Assembly: GCF_003057965.1 (NCBI RefSeq)
Contig: NZ_CP020921.1
Coordinates: 62,001-126,000, forward strand
DNA from: Thermodesulfobium acidiphilum
GTDB lineage: Bacteria; Thermodesulfobiota; Thermodesulfobiia; Thermodesulfobiales; Thermodesulfobiaceae
Length of the DNA stretch: 64,000 nucleotides
Reading direction: 5' to 3'
Shown here: piece after piece, positions 19,449-29,326 of the stretch
Numbering within the stretch: the stretch's first letter is position 1
Layout: each line of letters opens with the position of its first letter
Notes under the pieces: generated by a model
Told to the model about the DNA's origin: nothing
Database searches by the model: none
Seen by the model: the letters and a program-made list of their open reading frames with translations, nothing else
Position numbers and translations under genes: made by a program

Positions 19449-22400
19449 GTGGGGTATGAATTGGATAATTGGATAGAAGAGAAAAAAGAACCATGTTCGG
19501 CTGAAGATGGCTACAGAAAAAGATTTTCTTATGACAAAGTAGTTAGATCTACACATGGGGTGAACTGCACCGGTTCCTGCAGCTGGCAGATTTTTGTAAA
19601 AGAGGGAATCATCACCTATGAAATTCAGCAAAACGATTACCCATCTACCCAGGATGGCCTTCCTGAATACGAGCCCAGAGGATGTCCCTGTGGAGCCAGC
19701 TATTCCTGGTATGAATACAGCCCTCACAGGATAAAGTATCCAATGATAAGAAGATCTCTATATGAGCTTTACAAAGAAAAGAGAAAGGATCTTGATCCTG
19801 TAAACGCATGGGGGGAGATTGTGAAAAGTTCTTCTCTATATAAAAAAAAGAGGGGCTGTGGCTCTTTTATAAGAATTTCTTTTGATGAGGCGGTTGAGAT
19901 AATTTCTGCAGCAAACATATATACCATAAAAAAATATGGACCAGATAGGGTAGTCGGCTTTAGTCCTATCCCTGCTAAGTCGATGGTCAGTTATGCATCG
20001 GGCACTAGATACCTTTCTTTGATAGGTGGAGCAATATTAAGTTTTTATGACTGGTATTGCGATCTGCCTCCCTCTTCTCCCCAGATGTTTGGGGATCAGA
20101 CAGACGTTCCAAAGTCGGCAGATTGGTACAATTCTACCTATCTTCTTTTGTGGGGGTCAAACGTTCCTCAAACCAGAAGGCCTGATGCACACTTTTTCAC
20201 AGAAACCAGGTATAAGGGGACAAAGACTGTGGTTATATCCCCCGATTTCAGTGAAGCGTGTAAATTTGCAGACGTTTGGCTCAGCCCAAAACCAGGAAGT
20301 GATGCTGCTTTGGGGATGGCCATGGGACACGTTGTATTAAAAGAATTTTTTATTGACAAAAGAAGCGATTACTTTGAGTCTTATTGCAAGCAGTTTTCAG
20401 ATATGCCTTGCTTGGTAATGCTTGAAAAGGAAGGTGATTTTTTTAAACCTGGAAGATTTCTTAGATCGAGCGATCTTGGTGGTAGAGAAAAATTTGATGA
20501 ATGGAAAACTGTTATATTTGATAAAAAGATTGGTATATGTACACCAAATGGCAGTATAGGTTTTAGATACCAGGAAAATGGAAAGTGGAATCTTGAGTTA
20601 AGAGATTCTTTAACTGGAAAAGAAATAAATCCAGAGCTTAGCTTGATTGATTTTAGAGATATTGATGCAAAAGTTTTGTACCCATATTTCGGAGGGACTA
20701 AAGAAGTAATCGTAAGAAAAGTTCCTGCAAAGAAGATAATCATAGACTCCAAAGAATTTTACGTCTCAACTGTATTTGACTTACTTGTAGCTCACTATGG
20801 GATTGATAGAGGATTGGGTGATGAAAACGTTGCAAAGAGCTATAACGATCTCAATTGTTATACCCCAGCGTGGCAGGAGAAGATAACAGGTGTAAAGAAA
20901 GAAATTGTAATAAAGATTGCCCGCGAATTTGCAGAGAATGCACTTCTCACAAGAGGAAAGTCAATGATAATAATAGGTGCAGGAGTCAATCACTACTACT
21001 ATACTGATACTATCTATAGGGCGGCTATAAATCTACTTACAATGTGTGGTTGCATTGGGCAATCTGGCGGTGGTTGGGCCCACTATGTGGGACAAGAGAA
21101 AGTCAGGCCGCTTGCAGGCTGGTCAACCTTTGCATTTGCGCTTGACTGGTATAGACCCCCAAGACATGTAAACTCGACCTCCTTTTTCTATGTCCACACT
21201 GATCAGTATAGATATGAAACCTTGAAGGTTGATGATTTACTTTCTCCTATCGCTAAAAAGGATGCGTATAGCTCTCACCCATTTGATCTTAATGTAAAGG
21301 CCATAAGACTTGGCTGGCTTCCAGCTGCGCCATATTTAAATATAAGTCCTCTGGATATATCGGATCTTGCAAAGGCAAAGGGAATAAACATATCAGAATA
21401 TATTTCTGATGAAGTTAAAAAGGGAAACATCCTATTTTCCTATCAAGATCCAGAAGATGAGAAAAATTATCCAAGAAATATGTTTGTTTGGAGATCGAAT
21501 ATAATGGGTGCAAGCTCAAAAGGGCACGAGTATTTTATAAAATATCTCTTAGGCGCAAAATCTGGGCTGATAGAAGAGGAGTCAGACTTAAGCGATCTTA
21601 AAGAAATAAAAGTAAGAGAACCAGTTATTGGCAAGCTGGATCTATTGGTAACTATCGATTTCAGAATGAGCACGACTTGTCTGTATTCCGATATAGTATT
21701 GCCCTCAGCTACGTGGTACGAGAAAGAAGATATAAGCACTACTGATATGCACCCATTTATTCATCCCTTTTCACAGGCGGTAGATCCATTGTGGGAGTCC
21801 AAAACTGACTATGAGATCTTCAAGGCGATTTCAAAGAAGTTTTCTGAACTCGCTAAGGACAATTTGGGGAAAAGAACCGATACTGTTCTTTCTCCGCTTT
21901 TACACGATACGCCATCTGAATTAGGTCAGCCAACTGAAGTGAAAGATTGGAAATTGGGAGAGTGTGATATCTTACCAGGCAAGACGTTTCCTGGCATCAC
22001 TCAGGTAGAGAGAGACTATCCCAATGTTTATAAACAGTATACGTCCATTGGACCCCTTGTCGAAAAATTAGGAATTGGCGCAAAAGGGGTGTCCTGGTTT
22101 TGCAGTGAAGAACTTAATGACTTAAGATCTATTAATTCAGAAAATAATGGTTTAGTTAGTATCTCTTCAGCAAGGAGCGTTTGTGAAGCAATAATGTGTC
22201 TTAGCCCTGAGACAAATTCAAGCGTTTCGTTTAAGGCGTGGGAAAACATTTCGAAAAAGACTGGGAGAGATCATTCAAAAGTTTTGCCACCAAAGGATTA
22301 TGTTCTAAGATTTAGAGACCTTCAGATCCAGCCAAGGAGAACTATCACCTCACCTTGCTGGAGCGGAATTGAGTCAAAAGAGGTTCCATACAGCGCAAAC

Positions 22401-23042
22401 TATTTAAACGTTCACGAGTTAATTCCATGGCGCACCCTTTCTGGCAGGATAGAGATATACCAGGATCACAGATGGATGAGAGACTTTGGCGAAAATTTTG
22501 CAATATATAAAGCGCCAGTTAATATTCTTTCTACCGATAAGATCAAACTTGATGAGAACTGCATAACGTTAAAGTTTTGCACTGCACACCAAAAGTTTGG
22601 CATTCATACCACATTTATTGATCTCCAGATTATGCAAAACCTCTCAAGGGGCGGGCCTCACGTATGGTTGAGCGAGGCTGATGCAAAATCAATTGGGTTA
22701 GAAGATAATGATTGGGTGACTTTATACAACAGAAATGGGACTGTCGTAGCCAGAGCTGTTCTCTCACAGCGCATACCAAGTGGAATGGTAATTATGTATC
22801 ACGCTCAGGACAAGATTATAAACAATCCTATCTCGGAGAGGACATCAGCCAGGGGTGGCGTGCATAACAGCTTGATAAAGATATTACTAAATCCTTTGCA
22901 TATGATCGGTGGATATGCTCAGCTCTCCTATTTCTTTAATTATTATGGCACGATTGGTTCGAATAGGGATGACTTCGTGATTGTGAGAAAACTAAATAAG
23001 GTTATCTGGACTCAGAAAAGAGAAGGGGGTGATGCCTTATGA
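19449..23042 (+). CDS. narG: Respiratory nitrate reductase alpha subunit (likely start TTG 19461)
   Basis: RSTHGVNCTGSC FS0 motif, YDWYCDLPP Mo-ligand Asp, GGGWAHYVGQEK; no Tat signal. Confidence 0.96.
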   Translation: MGYELDNWIEEKKEPCSAEDGYRKRFSYDKVVRSTHGVNCTGSCSWQIFVKEGIITYEIQQNDYPSTQDGLPEYEPRGCPCGASYSWYEYSPHRIKYPMIRRSLYELYKEKRKDLDPVNAWGEIVKSSSLYKKKRGCGSFIRISFDEAVEIISAANIYTIKKYGPDRVVGFSPIPAKSMVSYASGTRYLSLIGGAILSFYDWYCDLPPSSPQMFGDQTDVPKSADWYNSTYLLLWGSNVPQTRRPDAHFFTETRYKGTKTVVISPDFSEACKFADVWLSPKPGSDAALGMAMGHVVLKEFFIDKRSDYFESYCKQFSDMPCLVMLEKEGDFFKPGRFLRSSDLGGREKFDEWKTVIFDKKIGICTPNGSIGFRYQENGKWNLELRDSLTGKEINPELSLIDFRDIDAKVLYPYFGGTKEVIVRKVPAKKIIIDSKEFYVSTVFDLLVAHYGIDRGLGDENVAKSYNDLNCYTPAWQEKITGVKKEIVIKIAREFAENALLTRGKSMIIIGAGVNHYYYTDTIYRAAINLLTMCGCIGQSGGGWAHYVGQEKVRPLAGWSTFAFALDWYRPPRHVNSTSFFYVHTDQYRYETLKVDDLLSPIAKKDAYSSHPFDLNVKAIRLGWLPAAPYLNISPLDISDLAKAKGINISEYISDEVKKGNILFSYQDPEDEKNYPRNMFVWRSNIMGASSKGHEYFIKYLLGAKSGLIEEESDLSDLKEIKVREPVIGKLDLLVTIDFRMSTTCLYSDIVLPSATWYEKEDISTTDMHPFIHPFSQAVDPLWESKTDYEIFKAISKKFSELAKDNLGKRTDTVLSPLLHDTPSELGQPTEVKDWKLGECDILPGKTFPGITQVERDYPNVYKQYTSIGPLVEKLGIGAKGVSWFCSEELNDLRSINSENNGLVSISSARSVCEAIMCLSPETNSSVSFKAWENISKKTGRDHSKVLPPKDYVLRFRDLQIQPRRTITSPCWSGIESKEVPYSANYLNVHELIPWRTLSGRIEIYQDHRWMRDFGENFAIYKAPVNILSTDKIKLDENCITLKFCTAHQKFGIHTTFIDLQIMQNLSRGGPHVWLSEADAKSIGLEDNDWVTLYNRNGTVVARAVLSQRIPSGMVIMYHAQDKIINNPISERTSARGGVHNSLIKILLNPLHMIGGYAQLSYFFNYYGTIGSNRDDFVIVRKLNKVIWTQKREGGDAL

Positions 23043-24475
23043 AGGTAAGGGCACAGCTTGCAATGGTGCTAAATCTTGACAAGTGTATTGGATGCCATGC
23101 CTGTTCTGTCACCTGTAAGAACGTCTGGGCACAAAGATCTGGTTTAGAGTATGCATGGTTTAACAATGTTGAAACAAAGCCAGGCATTGGATTTCCAAAA
23201 AATTGGGAGACTCAAAATAGATACAAAGGAGGCTGGGAGCTTTCGGGGAAAAATCTTAAGTTAAAGTCTGGATCAAAGCTAAATGCATTGTTAAATATAT
23301 TCTCAAACCCAAACCTTCCTACAATTGAAGATTATTCAGAGCCCTTTACATTTGACTATTCTTATCTTAAGAATTCCGAAGAAGATGCCTTCCCAACTCT
23401 GAAGCCTGTATCAGCTATTACCCATAAAGAGATCGATATAAAGTGGGGAGCTAACTGGGAAGATGACCTTGGTACCACCTTTGAGAGCAGGTCGAAAGAC
23501 TATAACTTTAAGGATATTGATTCGTCCTTGTATTCATCGTTTGAAAACACATTTATGATGTATTTGCCAAGGCTTTGCGAACACTGTCTTAATCCTGCTT
23601 GCGTTGCTTCCTGTCCATCTGGTGCAATTTACAAAAGAGATGAAGACGGCATAGTACTAATTGATCAAAATAAATGCAGGGGATTTAGAATGTGTGTTAG
23701 CGCCTGTCCTTATAAGAAGATTTACTATAACTACAAGAGCGGAAAATCTGAGAAGTGTATACTTTGTTTTCCACGTTTGGAAGTAGGAAAGCCTACTGTA
23801 TGTTCTGAGAGTTGTGTGGGGCGAATTAGATATATCGGCGTTTTATTGTACGATAGGGACAGAATAAAAGAGGCTGCAGGCTGTGATGAAAAAGAACTTT
23901 ATAGAAGTCAGCTCTCGATAATACTCGATCCAAATGATAAAGAAGTTATATCAAAAGCCATAGAGGACGGCGTGCCAGAAAACTTTTTAGACGCTGCAAA
24001 AATTTCGCCTGTTTACAAGATGATAAAGGAATTTAAGATAGCTTTTCCGCTTCATCCCGAGTTTAGGACTCTGCCAATGGTTTATTATATTCCACCACTT
24101 TCACCCATACAGTCAGGACTAATCTCAGAATCGGATGAAGACGTTTTGCCCGATGTCTCGAAATTGAGAATCCCTGCAAAATTTTTGGCAAATATGTTAA
24201 CTGCAGGGGATGAAAGCCTAATACTTGAAGCCTTGAATAAATTGCTGGCAATAAGGATATACAACAGAAATAAGATTCTTTACAAGGACAATAACACAGA
24301 TTCCCTCGAAAAATCCAATCTTACTGTTAGCCAGGCAGAATATCTGTATAAGCTTCTTGCCATTGCTGATTACTCTGATAGGTTTGTTATACCGACTCTT
24401 CACAAGGAAAACTATGATGATAACTATGTGAAAAAGGGCATCGTAGGATTTCCAAAAAATGATTTTGGAGGGTAA
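23039..24475 (+). CDS. narH: Nitrate reductase beta subunit
   Basis: LDKCIGCHACSVTCKNVW, CEHCLNPACVASCP, CSESCVGRIRY. Confidence 0.96.
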   Translation: MKVRAQLAMVLNLDKCIGCHACSVTCKNVWAQRSGLEYAWFNNVETKPGIGFPKNWETQNRYKGGWELSGKNLKLKSGSKLNALLNIFSNPNLPTIEDYSEPFTFDYSYLKNSEEDAFPTLKPVSAITHKEIDIKWGANWEDDLGTTFESRSKDYNFKDIDSSLYSSFENTFMMYLPRLCEHCLNPACVASCPSGAIYKRDEDGIVLIDQNKCRGFRMCVSACPYKKIYYNYKSGKSEKCILCFPRLEVGKPTVCSESCVGRIRYIGVLLYDRDRIKEAAGCDEKELYRSQLSIILDPNDKEVISKAIEDGVPENFLDAAKISPVYKMIKEFKIAFPLHPEFRTLPMVYYIPPLSPIQSGLISESDEDVLPDVSKLRIPAKFLANMLTAGDESLILEALNKLLAIRIYNRNKILYKDNNTDSLEKSNLTVSQAEYLYKLLAIADYSDRFVIPTLHKENYDDNYVKKGIVGFPKNDFGG

Positions 24476-24477
24476 AG

Positions 24478-25779
24478 ATGACAGGTGAAAACGTATTAGT
24501 TAAGGGTTCACCTAGCCAGGGTCTATTTGGAGCGACGCTTGGATTTTTCTTTGGATTTGCGGCTGTTGCTCTCTTTGGGCCTACAGCTATAAAGTTTAAG
24601 GATATTCTTGGACTTTCTCCTCAAATGCTTGGTCTTTTGGTTGCAATGCCAGCTCTTTCGGGGTCAATTCTCAGGATACCTTTTTCTGCCTGGGTTGACT
24701 CTGTTGGAGGGAGAAAGCCCTTTTTGACTTTGATGGTTATTGCAATATTTGGACTTATTGGTCTTTCCGGGCTTGTTTACTTTATCTTTAAAAATCCATC
24801 TTATGCCAGTCAAAATAAGATTCTGTTTTATTATCTAACACTGTTTTTTGGACTACTAAGTGGCTGCGGGATTGCAACCTTTTCTGTGGGTATATCTCAA
24901 GTCTCGTATTGGTTTCCGCAAAAAAAGCAAGGTTTCGCGTTGGGGACTTATGCTGGAATAGGAAACCTGGCTCCAGGAATATTTTCATTTTTGCTACCAA
25001 TTAGTCTTGTAAATCTCGGGATAATCAATTCATATTTTATATGGCTCGGATTACTAATATTTGGTACAGTACTTTACTTTATATTGGGAAAAGACTCATA
25101 TTACTTTCAGATGTTAAAAATGGGACACAGTAGAGAAAAGGCAATGGAATTTGCCCAAAGTTGTGGACAGGAGATTTGTCCTGCTAAGAGTTTGATAGAT
25201 AGTTTGAAATTGTCTGCAAAAACTTTAAGAACCTGGCTACTCGTAATTCTTTACTTTACCACATTTGGTGGTTTTATGGCCTTAACAGCCTGGTTTCCTA
25301 CTTATTGGACGCAGTACTTTAAGGTAAGCCTCTTTGTAGCAGGGTCACTAACTGCAACATATTCTATACTTACCTCTGCTATAAGGATATTCGGCGGAGT
25401 TATTGCAGACAAGATTGGCGGCATAAATACATCTATAATTTCGCTTGTCCTTATGGCAGTGGGTTCTTTTGGAATATTATTTATTAGGAATATTGATTTT
25501 TGTGTATTGTCTATGATTATTATGGCAGTAGGTATGGGAATGAACAACGCTGCTGTATTTAAATTGGTACCAAGAATGGTCTCAAACGCAGTAGGAGGTG
25601 CTTCTGGATGGGTTGGCGGATTGGGCGCTTTCGGCGGCTTTGTAATACCGCCTTTACTTGGTGCTTTTGTTGCAAAGAATGGTTTAGAGGGTTATCGAGA
25701 AGGATTTTTAGTCTTTCTTTTGCTCGCAGTTTTCTCGATCGTTATCGATATAATTTTAAAGAATATGGCTAAAGAGTAA
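24478..25779 (+). CDS. narK: Nitrate/nitrite porter (NNP/NarK family MFS)
   Basis: 12 TM segments, GSILRIP, FSVGISQVSYWFP, GWVGGLGAFGGF; lies inside the nar operon. Confidence 0.85.
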   Translation: MTGENVLVKGSPSQGLFGATLGFFFGFAAVALFGPTAIKFKDILGLSPQMLGLLVAMPALSGSILRIPFSAWVDSVGGRKPFLTLMVIAIFGLIGLSGLVYFIFKNPSYASQNKILFYYLTLFFGLLSGCGIATFSVGISQVSYWFPQKKQGFALGTYAGIGNLAPGIFSFLLPISLVNLGIINSYFIWLGLLIFGTVLYFILGKDSYYFQMLKMGHSREKAMEFAQSCGQEICPAKSLIDSLKLSAKTLRTWLLVILYFTTFGGFMALTAWFPTYWTQYFKVSLFVAGSLTATYSILTSAIRIFGGVIADKIGGINTSIISLVLMAVGSFGILFIRNIDFCVLSMIIMAVGMGMNNAAVFKLVPRMVSNAVGGASGWVGGLGAFGGFVIPPLLGAFVAKNGLEGYREGFLVFLLLAVFSIVIDIILKNMAKE

Positions 25780-25785
25780 AATATT

Positions 25786-26295
25786 ATGAATTTTTCAGAA
25801 TTTATGAAGGCACTTTCTTTTCTCTTTAGATATCCAGATGATATGTATAGATTAGAGATCGAAAAATTTGAATTTAATGCAAAAAATCTAAATTTATACG
25901 AATATCTCAAAGAATTTACAGCTTATTACAGAGGCAAATCCACCCTGGATTTGCAGGAATATTACGTAGATATCTTTGATCTCACACCCCAAAATTCTCT
26001 TTGTATGTTAGATCACATGCGCTTAAACAACTCTCAAAAAGGTCATGAATTGGTTAAGATAAAATCTCTTTACAATGAATTTGGCTTTAGCCCAAAAAAT
26101 AATGAATTGCCTGACTACATTCCACTATTCATTGAATTCCTTTCTTGTGTAGAAAAAGAATTTGCTTTAAAGCTTTTGAACAAGTATAAATTGGCTTTTC
26201 AAAACCTATATTCTAGGCTTTTTGAATCGAAAAGTCCATATTACAGCTTATTTGAGATCCTTTTAGATAAGGAGGCGTTAGATGAGTTACTTTGA
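25786..26295 (+). CDS. narJ: Nitrate reductase chaperone
   Basis: LQEYYVDIFD and ELPDYIPLFIEF motifs. Confidence 0.9.
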   Translation: MNFSEFMKALSFLFRYPDDMYRLEIEKFEFNAKNLNLYEYLKEFTAYYRGKSTLDLQEYYVDIFDLTPQNSLCMLDHMRLNNSQKGHELVKIKSLYNEFGFSPKNNELPDYIPLFIEFLSCVEKEFALKLLNKYKLAFQNLYSRLFESKSPYYSLFEILLDKEALDELL

Positions 26296-26971
26296 TTATC
26301 TTACTTTTCTCTTTTATCCCTATGTAGTTTTGAGCATATTTGTATCTGTGAGCATATTTAGATTTTTTTATAGGCCTTATAATTGGAAAACAGCCTCAAG
26401 CGAGATCTTTGAGGACAAAATATTAAAGGTAGGAAGCAATCTATTTCACTTTGGTATTTTGGCGTTATTTTTTGGGCACCTATTTGGCCTTCTCACTCCT
26501 GAGAGAATTTTTCAACTTGTGGGACTATCAAGTGGCGTCCATCAGATGATAGAAATAATTTTTGGATCCATTTTTGGAATTATAACGGTTGTTGGTGTAT
26601 TGCTATTAATATTTAGAAGGCTTACTAACCAATTAGTTTTAGCAATGTCAACTTCGATGGACATCTTTGTCCTCTTGTGGATCTTTTTTACACTGTGTTT
26701 AGGCATGACGTGTGTAATTTATTCTTTTCTATTTGAGAGAGATGGACATCTTTTACTGTATCTATCTCAATATGTAAAAAATCTCTTAACTTTTAGATTT
26801 CAGGCAATAAATTATCTTGTAATGATTCCTGTAATTTATAGAGTTCATATGTTTTTTGGTTTTACTTTGTTTTTAATACTACCATTTAGTAGACTTGTTC
26901 ATATATTTAGTGGTTTTGCACTCCCTCTTTATCTGTTTAGAAAAGCTCAGATAGTTATAAAAAAAATTTAA
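26282..26971 (+). CDS. narI: Nitrate reductase gamma subunit (cytochrome b)
   Basis: GSNLFHFGIL..FGH and VHMFFG..PFSRLVH heme-ligand histidines. Confidence 0.93.
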   Translation: MSYFDYLTFLFYPYVVLSIFVSVSIFRFFYRPYNWKTASSEIFEDKILKVGSNLFHFGILALFFGHLFGLLTPERIFQLVGLSSGVHQMIEIIFGSIFGIITVVGVLLLIFRRLTNQLVLAMSTSMDIFVLLWIFFTLCLGMTCVIYSFLFERDGHLLLYLSQYVKNLLTFRFQAINYLVMIPVIYRVHMFFGFTLFLILPFSRLVHIFSGFALPLYLFRKAQIVIKKI

Positions 26972-26987
26972 AAGGAGGATATTTAAA

Positions 26988-28160
26988 ATGTCTATTAAAA
27001 AGATTTCAGAAGGCGTTTGGTCTTTGAGGTCTAATGATTGGGATAGAAGGGTCTTCGATGAGCTAATTTCTTTGCCGTATGGAACTACTTATAATGCATA
27101 TCTTGTGAAAGGAAGCGATAAATGTGCTCTCATTGACACTACAGACCCTACGAAAACGTATGAACTAATAAACGATCTCAAGAGGCTGAACGTGAGAGTG
27201 GATTATGTAATCTCGAATCATGCTGAGCAAGATCATAGTGGATCAATTGGTGACGTATTAAATCTCTATCCTGATGCTATGGTTGTAACTAATTCTAAAT
27301 GCAAGGACTTTCTGATTGACTTATTGCACATAGATAGCGATAAATTTCTGGTAGTAAAAGAGGGCGACAAACTAGAACTTGGTTTAAAAACCTTACAATT
27401 TAAGATAACTCCATGGGTGCACTGGCCAGAGACTATGATTACTTTTTTGGAAGAAGAAAAAATACTTTTTACGTGCGACTTTTTTGGTTCACACCTTGCA
27501 ACAAGTGAACTTTATGTGACTGATGAATCCCTTGTATATATGGCTGCTAAGAGATATTATTCTGAAATCATGATGCCATTTAGAAATAATGTCAGAAAGA
27601 ACTTGGAGATTGTAAAGAGTCTTTCCCCAAAAATTATTGCTCCAAGTCATGGCCCTGTTTATCAGGATCCAAAATTTATAGTAAACGCAACCGAAGATTG
27701 GATATCGGACAAAGTGAAAAATCTTGTTTTGATACCGTATGTTTCTATGCATGGAAGTACTAAAATATTGGTCGAAAGACTTGTCCAAAGCTTGACAGAT
27801 CTTAATATTGAAGTGATACAATTTAGTTTAACAAAAACTGATATAGGAGAAATAGCTATCCATATGGTTGATGCTGCAACTATTGTGCTTGCAACGCCTA
27901 CGGTATTGCTGGGGCCTCATCCTGCAGCTTTATATGCTACTTATTTGGTATCTGCCCTGAAACCAAAAACGAAATACTTTGGTTTAATAGGTTCATACGG
28001 TTGGGGGTCAAAAGTTGTGGATATTGTTTCAAATATGCTTTCACCACTAAAGCCACATATAATATCCCCTGTCCTTATAAAGGGTATGCCAAAAGATGAA
28101 GATCTAAAAAAGATAGATGATTTAGCTATCCAGATAAGTGGATTGCACAAAAACTTATAA
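26988..28160 (+). CDS. Class A flavodiiron protein (FprA; NO/O2 reductase)
   Basis: GTTYNAYL, NHAEQDHSG, WVHWPET and PSHGP motifs, flavodoxin domain SMHGST. Confidence 0.92.
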   Translation: MSIKKISEGVWSLRSNDWDRRVFDELISLPYGTTYNAYLVKGSDKCALIDTTDPTKTYELINDLKRLNVRVDYVISNHAEQDHSGSIGDVLNLYPDAMVVTNSKCKDFLIDLLHIDSDKFLVVKEGDKLELGLKTLQFKITPWVHWPETMITFLEEEKILFTCDFFGSHLATSELYVTDESLVYMAAKRYYSEIMMPFRNNVRKNLEIVKSLSPKIIAPSHGPVYQDPKFIVNATEDWISDKVKNLVLIPYVSMHGSTKILVERLVQSLTDLNIEVIQFSLTKTDIGEIAIHMVDAATIVLATPTVLLGPHPAALYATYLVSALKPKTKYFGLIGSYGWGSKVVDIVSNMLSPLKPHIISPVLIKGMPKDEDLKKIDDLAIQISGLHKNL

Positions 28161-28175
28161 ATAGTGTTTGATTTG

Positions 28176-28349
28176 TTATTCTAACCATATAGCCTCAACC
28201 GGACAGGATTCTTTAGCGCTCTGGCAACAATCACTACAGGTTTCTGAGATGACTTTTGCCACAGCGCCATCCATTTTAAATACATCGGGACAAAGCGCTT
28301 CACAGGTTCCGCAGCCAATGCACAGAGTTTCGTTTACATAAGCTTTCAT
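28176..28349 (-). CDS. Monocluster [4Fe-4S] ferredoxin, 57 aa (not in ORF track)
   Basis: MKAYVNETLCIGCGTCEALCPDVF...AKESCPVEAI; SD GGAGGTG. Confidence 0.9.
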   Translation of the reverse strand: MKAYVNETLCIGCGTCEALCPDVFKMDGAVAKVISETCSDCCQSAKESCPVEAIWLE

Positions 28350-28466
28350 TCTTTCACCTCCTTTTAAAGCTTTAAAGTATAGATAAAGGTTATAATATGT
28401 TTATAAATCTTACAAATAAGAAATTTTTATTTAAAACTTTAATATCCAATTATTTTTATTCGTGAG

Positions 28467-29204
28467 GTGAAAAGGATGCTACTTAGTTCTTTGAAAGATA
28501 GATGGTGGAGAAGAGTGGTTGATATGGGACTTCAGGGGGAGAGCATAAGCGTAGAAATTAAGGGTCTTACTCCAAAGGAAGCAATTGGAGAACCACAGAG
28601 GAATGACTTTCCACTGTTAAAAGGAAAAGAATTATTAATTCAAGCTAAAATCAAAAATTCAATTGGTCAGGCGTTTACCTCAATTCCATCTAAATATGTT
28701 GGCCGTCTTGAAGAGATAAATAAATTGAACGAGTCGCAAGAACAAAATAGGGCATTGATAGTTGCAACTATCAATGCTACTTACAGATATCTTGGGCTTT
28801 TAAATGATACTGTCCACTGTAGAGATGAAGGGCCTGAACTTTGTGCCAGGAAAGCATTAGAACAATTTATAGAAAACTATAGAAATTTAAAAGTTGCAGT
28901 TATAGGATATCAACCGGCATTCATATCAGCTCTTTCAAAGTATTTTAATATGCGAGTGACTGATATGGATCCAGAGAATATTGGGAAATTAAAAAATGGG
29001 AGCTTAATTGAATCTTACGAATTGAACAAGGATATAATAAAAGAAAGCGATTTAGTTTTCATGACTGGCTCAACTCTTGTAAACGGTTCAATTGATGAGT
29101 TAGTTGAATACAGTTCTGGAAAAGAAATTATTCTGTTTGGAACGACGTGTGCCGCTTTTGCCTATGAATTCGGCTTTAAAAGGCTTTGTTTTCAGAGTAG
29201 CTAA
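28467..29204 (+). CDS. DUF364 / Rossmann-like putative heavy-metal chelation protein
   Basis: DFPLLKGKE, RALIVATINA, VHCRDEGPELC, TGSTLVNG. Confidence 0.75.
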   Translation: MKRMLLSSLKDRWWRRVVDMGLQGESISVEIKGLTPKEAIGEPQRNDFPLLKGKELLIQAKIKNSIGQAFTSIPSKYVGRLEEINKLNESQEQNRALIVATINATYRYLGLLNDTVHCRDEGPELCARKALEQFIENYRNLKVAVIGYQPAFISALSKYFNMRVTDMDPENIGKLKNGSLIESYELNKDIIKESDLVFMTGSTLVNGSIDELVEYSSGKEIILFGTTCAAFAYEFGFKRLCFQSS

Positions 29205-29326
29205 GCAATGTTAATTAAAACTTTATAAAAATATTAATCTATATTATAATATAAATATATTATTGAGTATTGTGTTACATAATTTTTCCAATAATCGTAT
29301 TTCATAAAAAGCTTTGAGAGGATAAT

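Noticed and set aside
19456-19475. 8-bp tandem repeat AATTGGAT x2 that puts the ATG at 19456 out of frame with narG (possible phase variation or pseudogene)
   Set aside because: An in-frame TTG at 19461 has better SD spacing, so narG remains translatable; only two copies.
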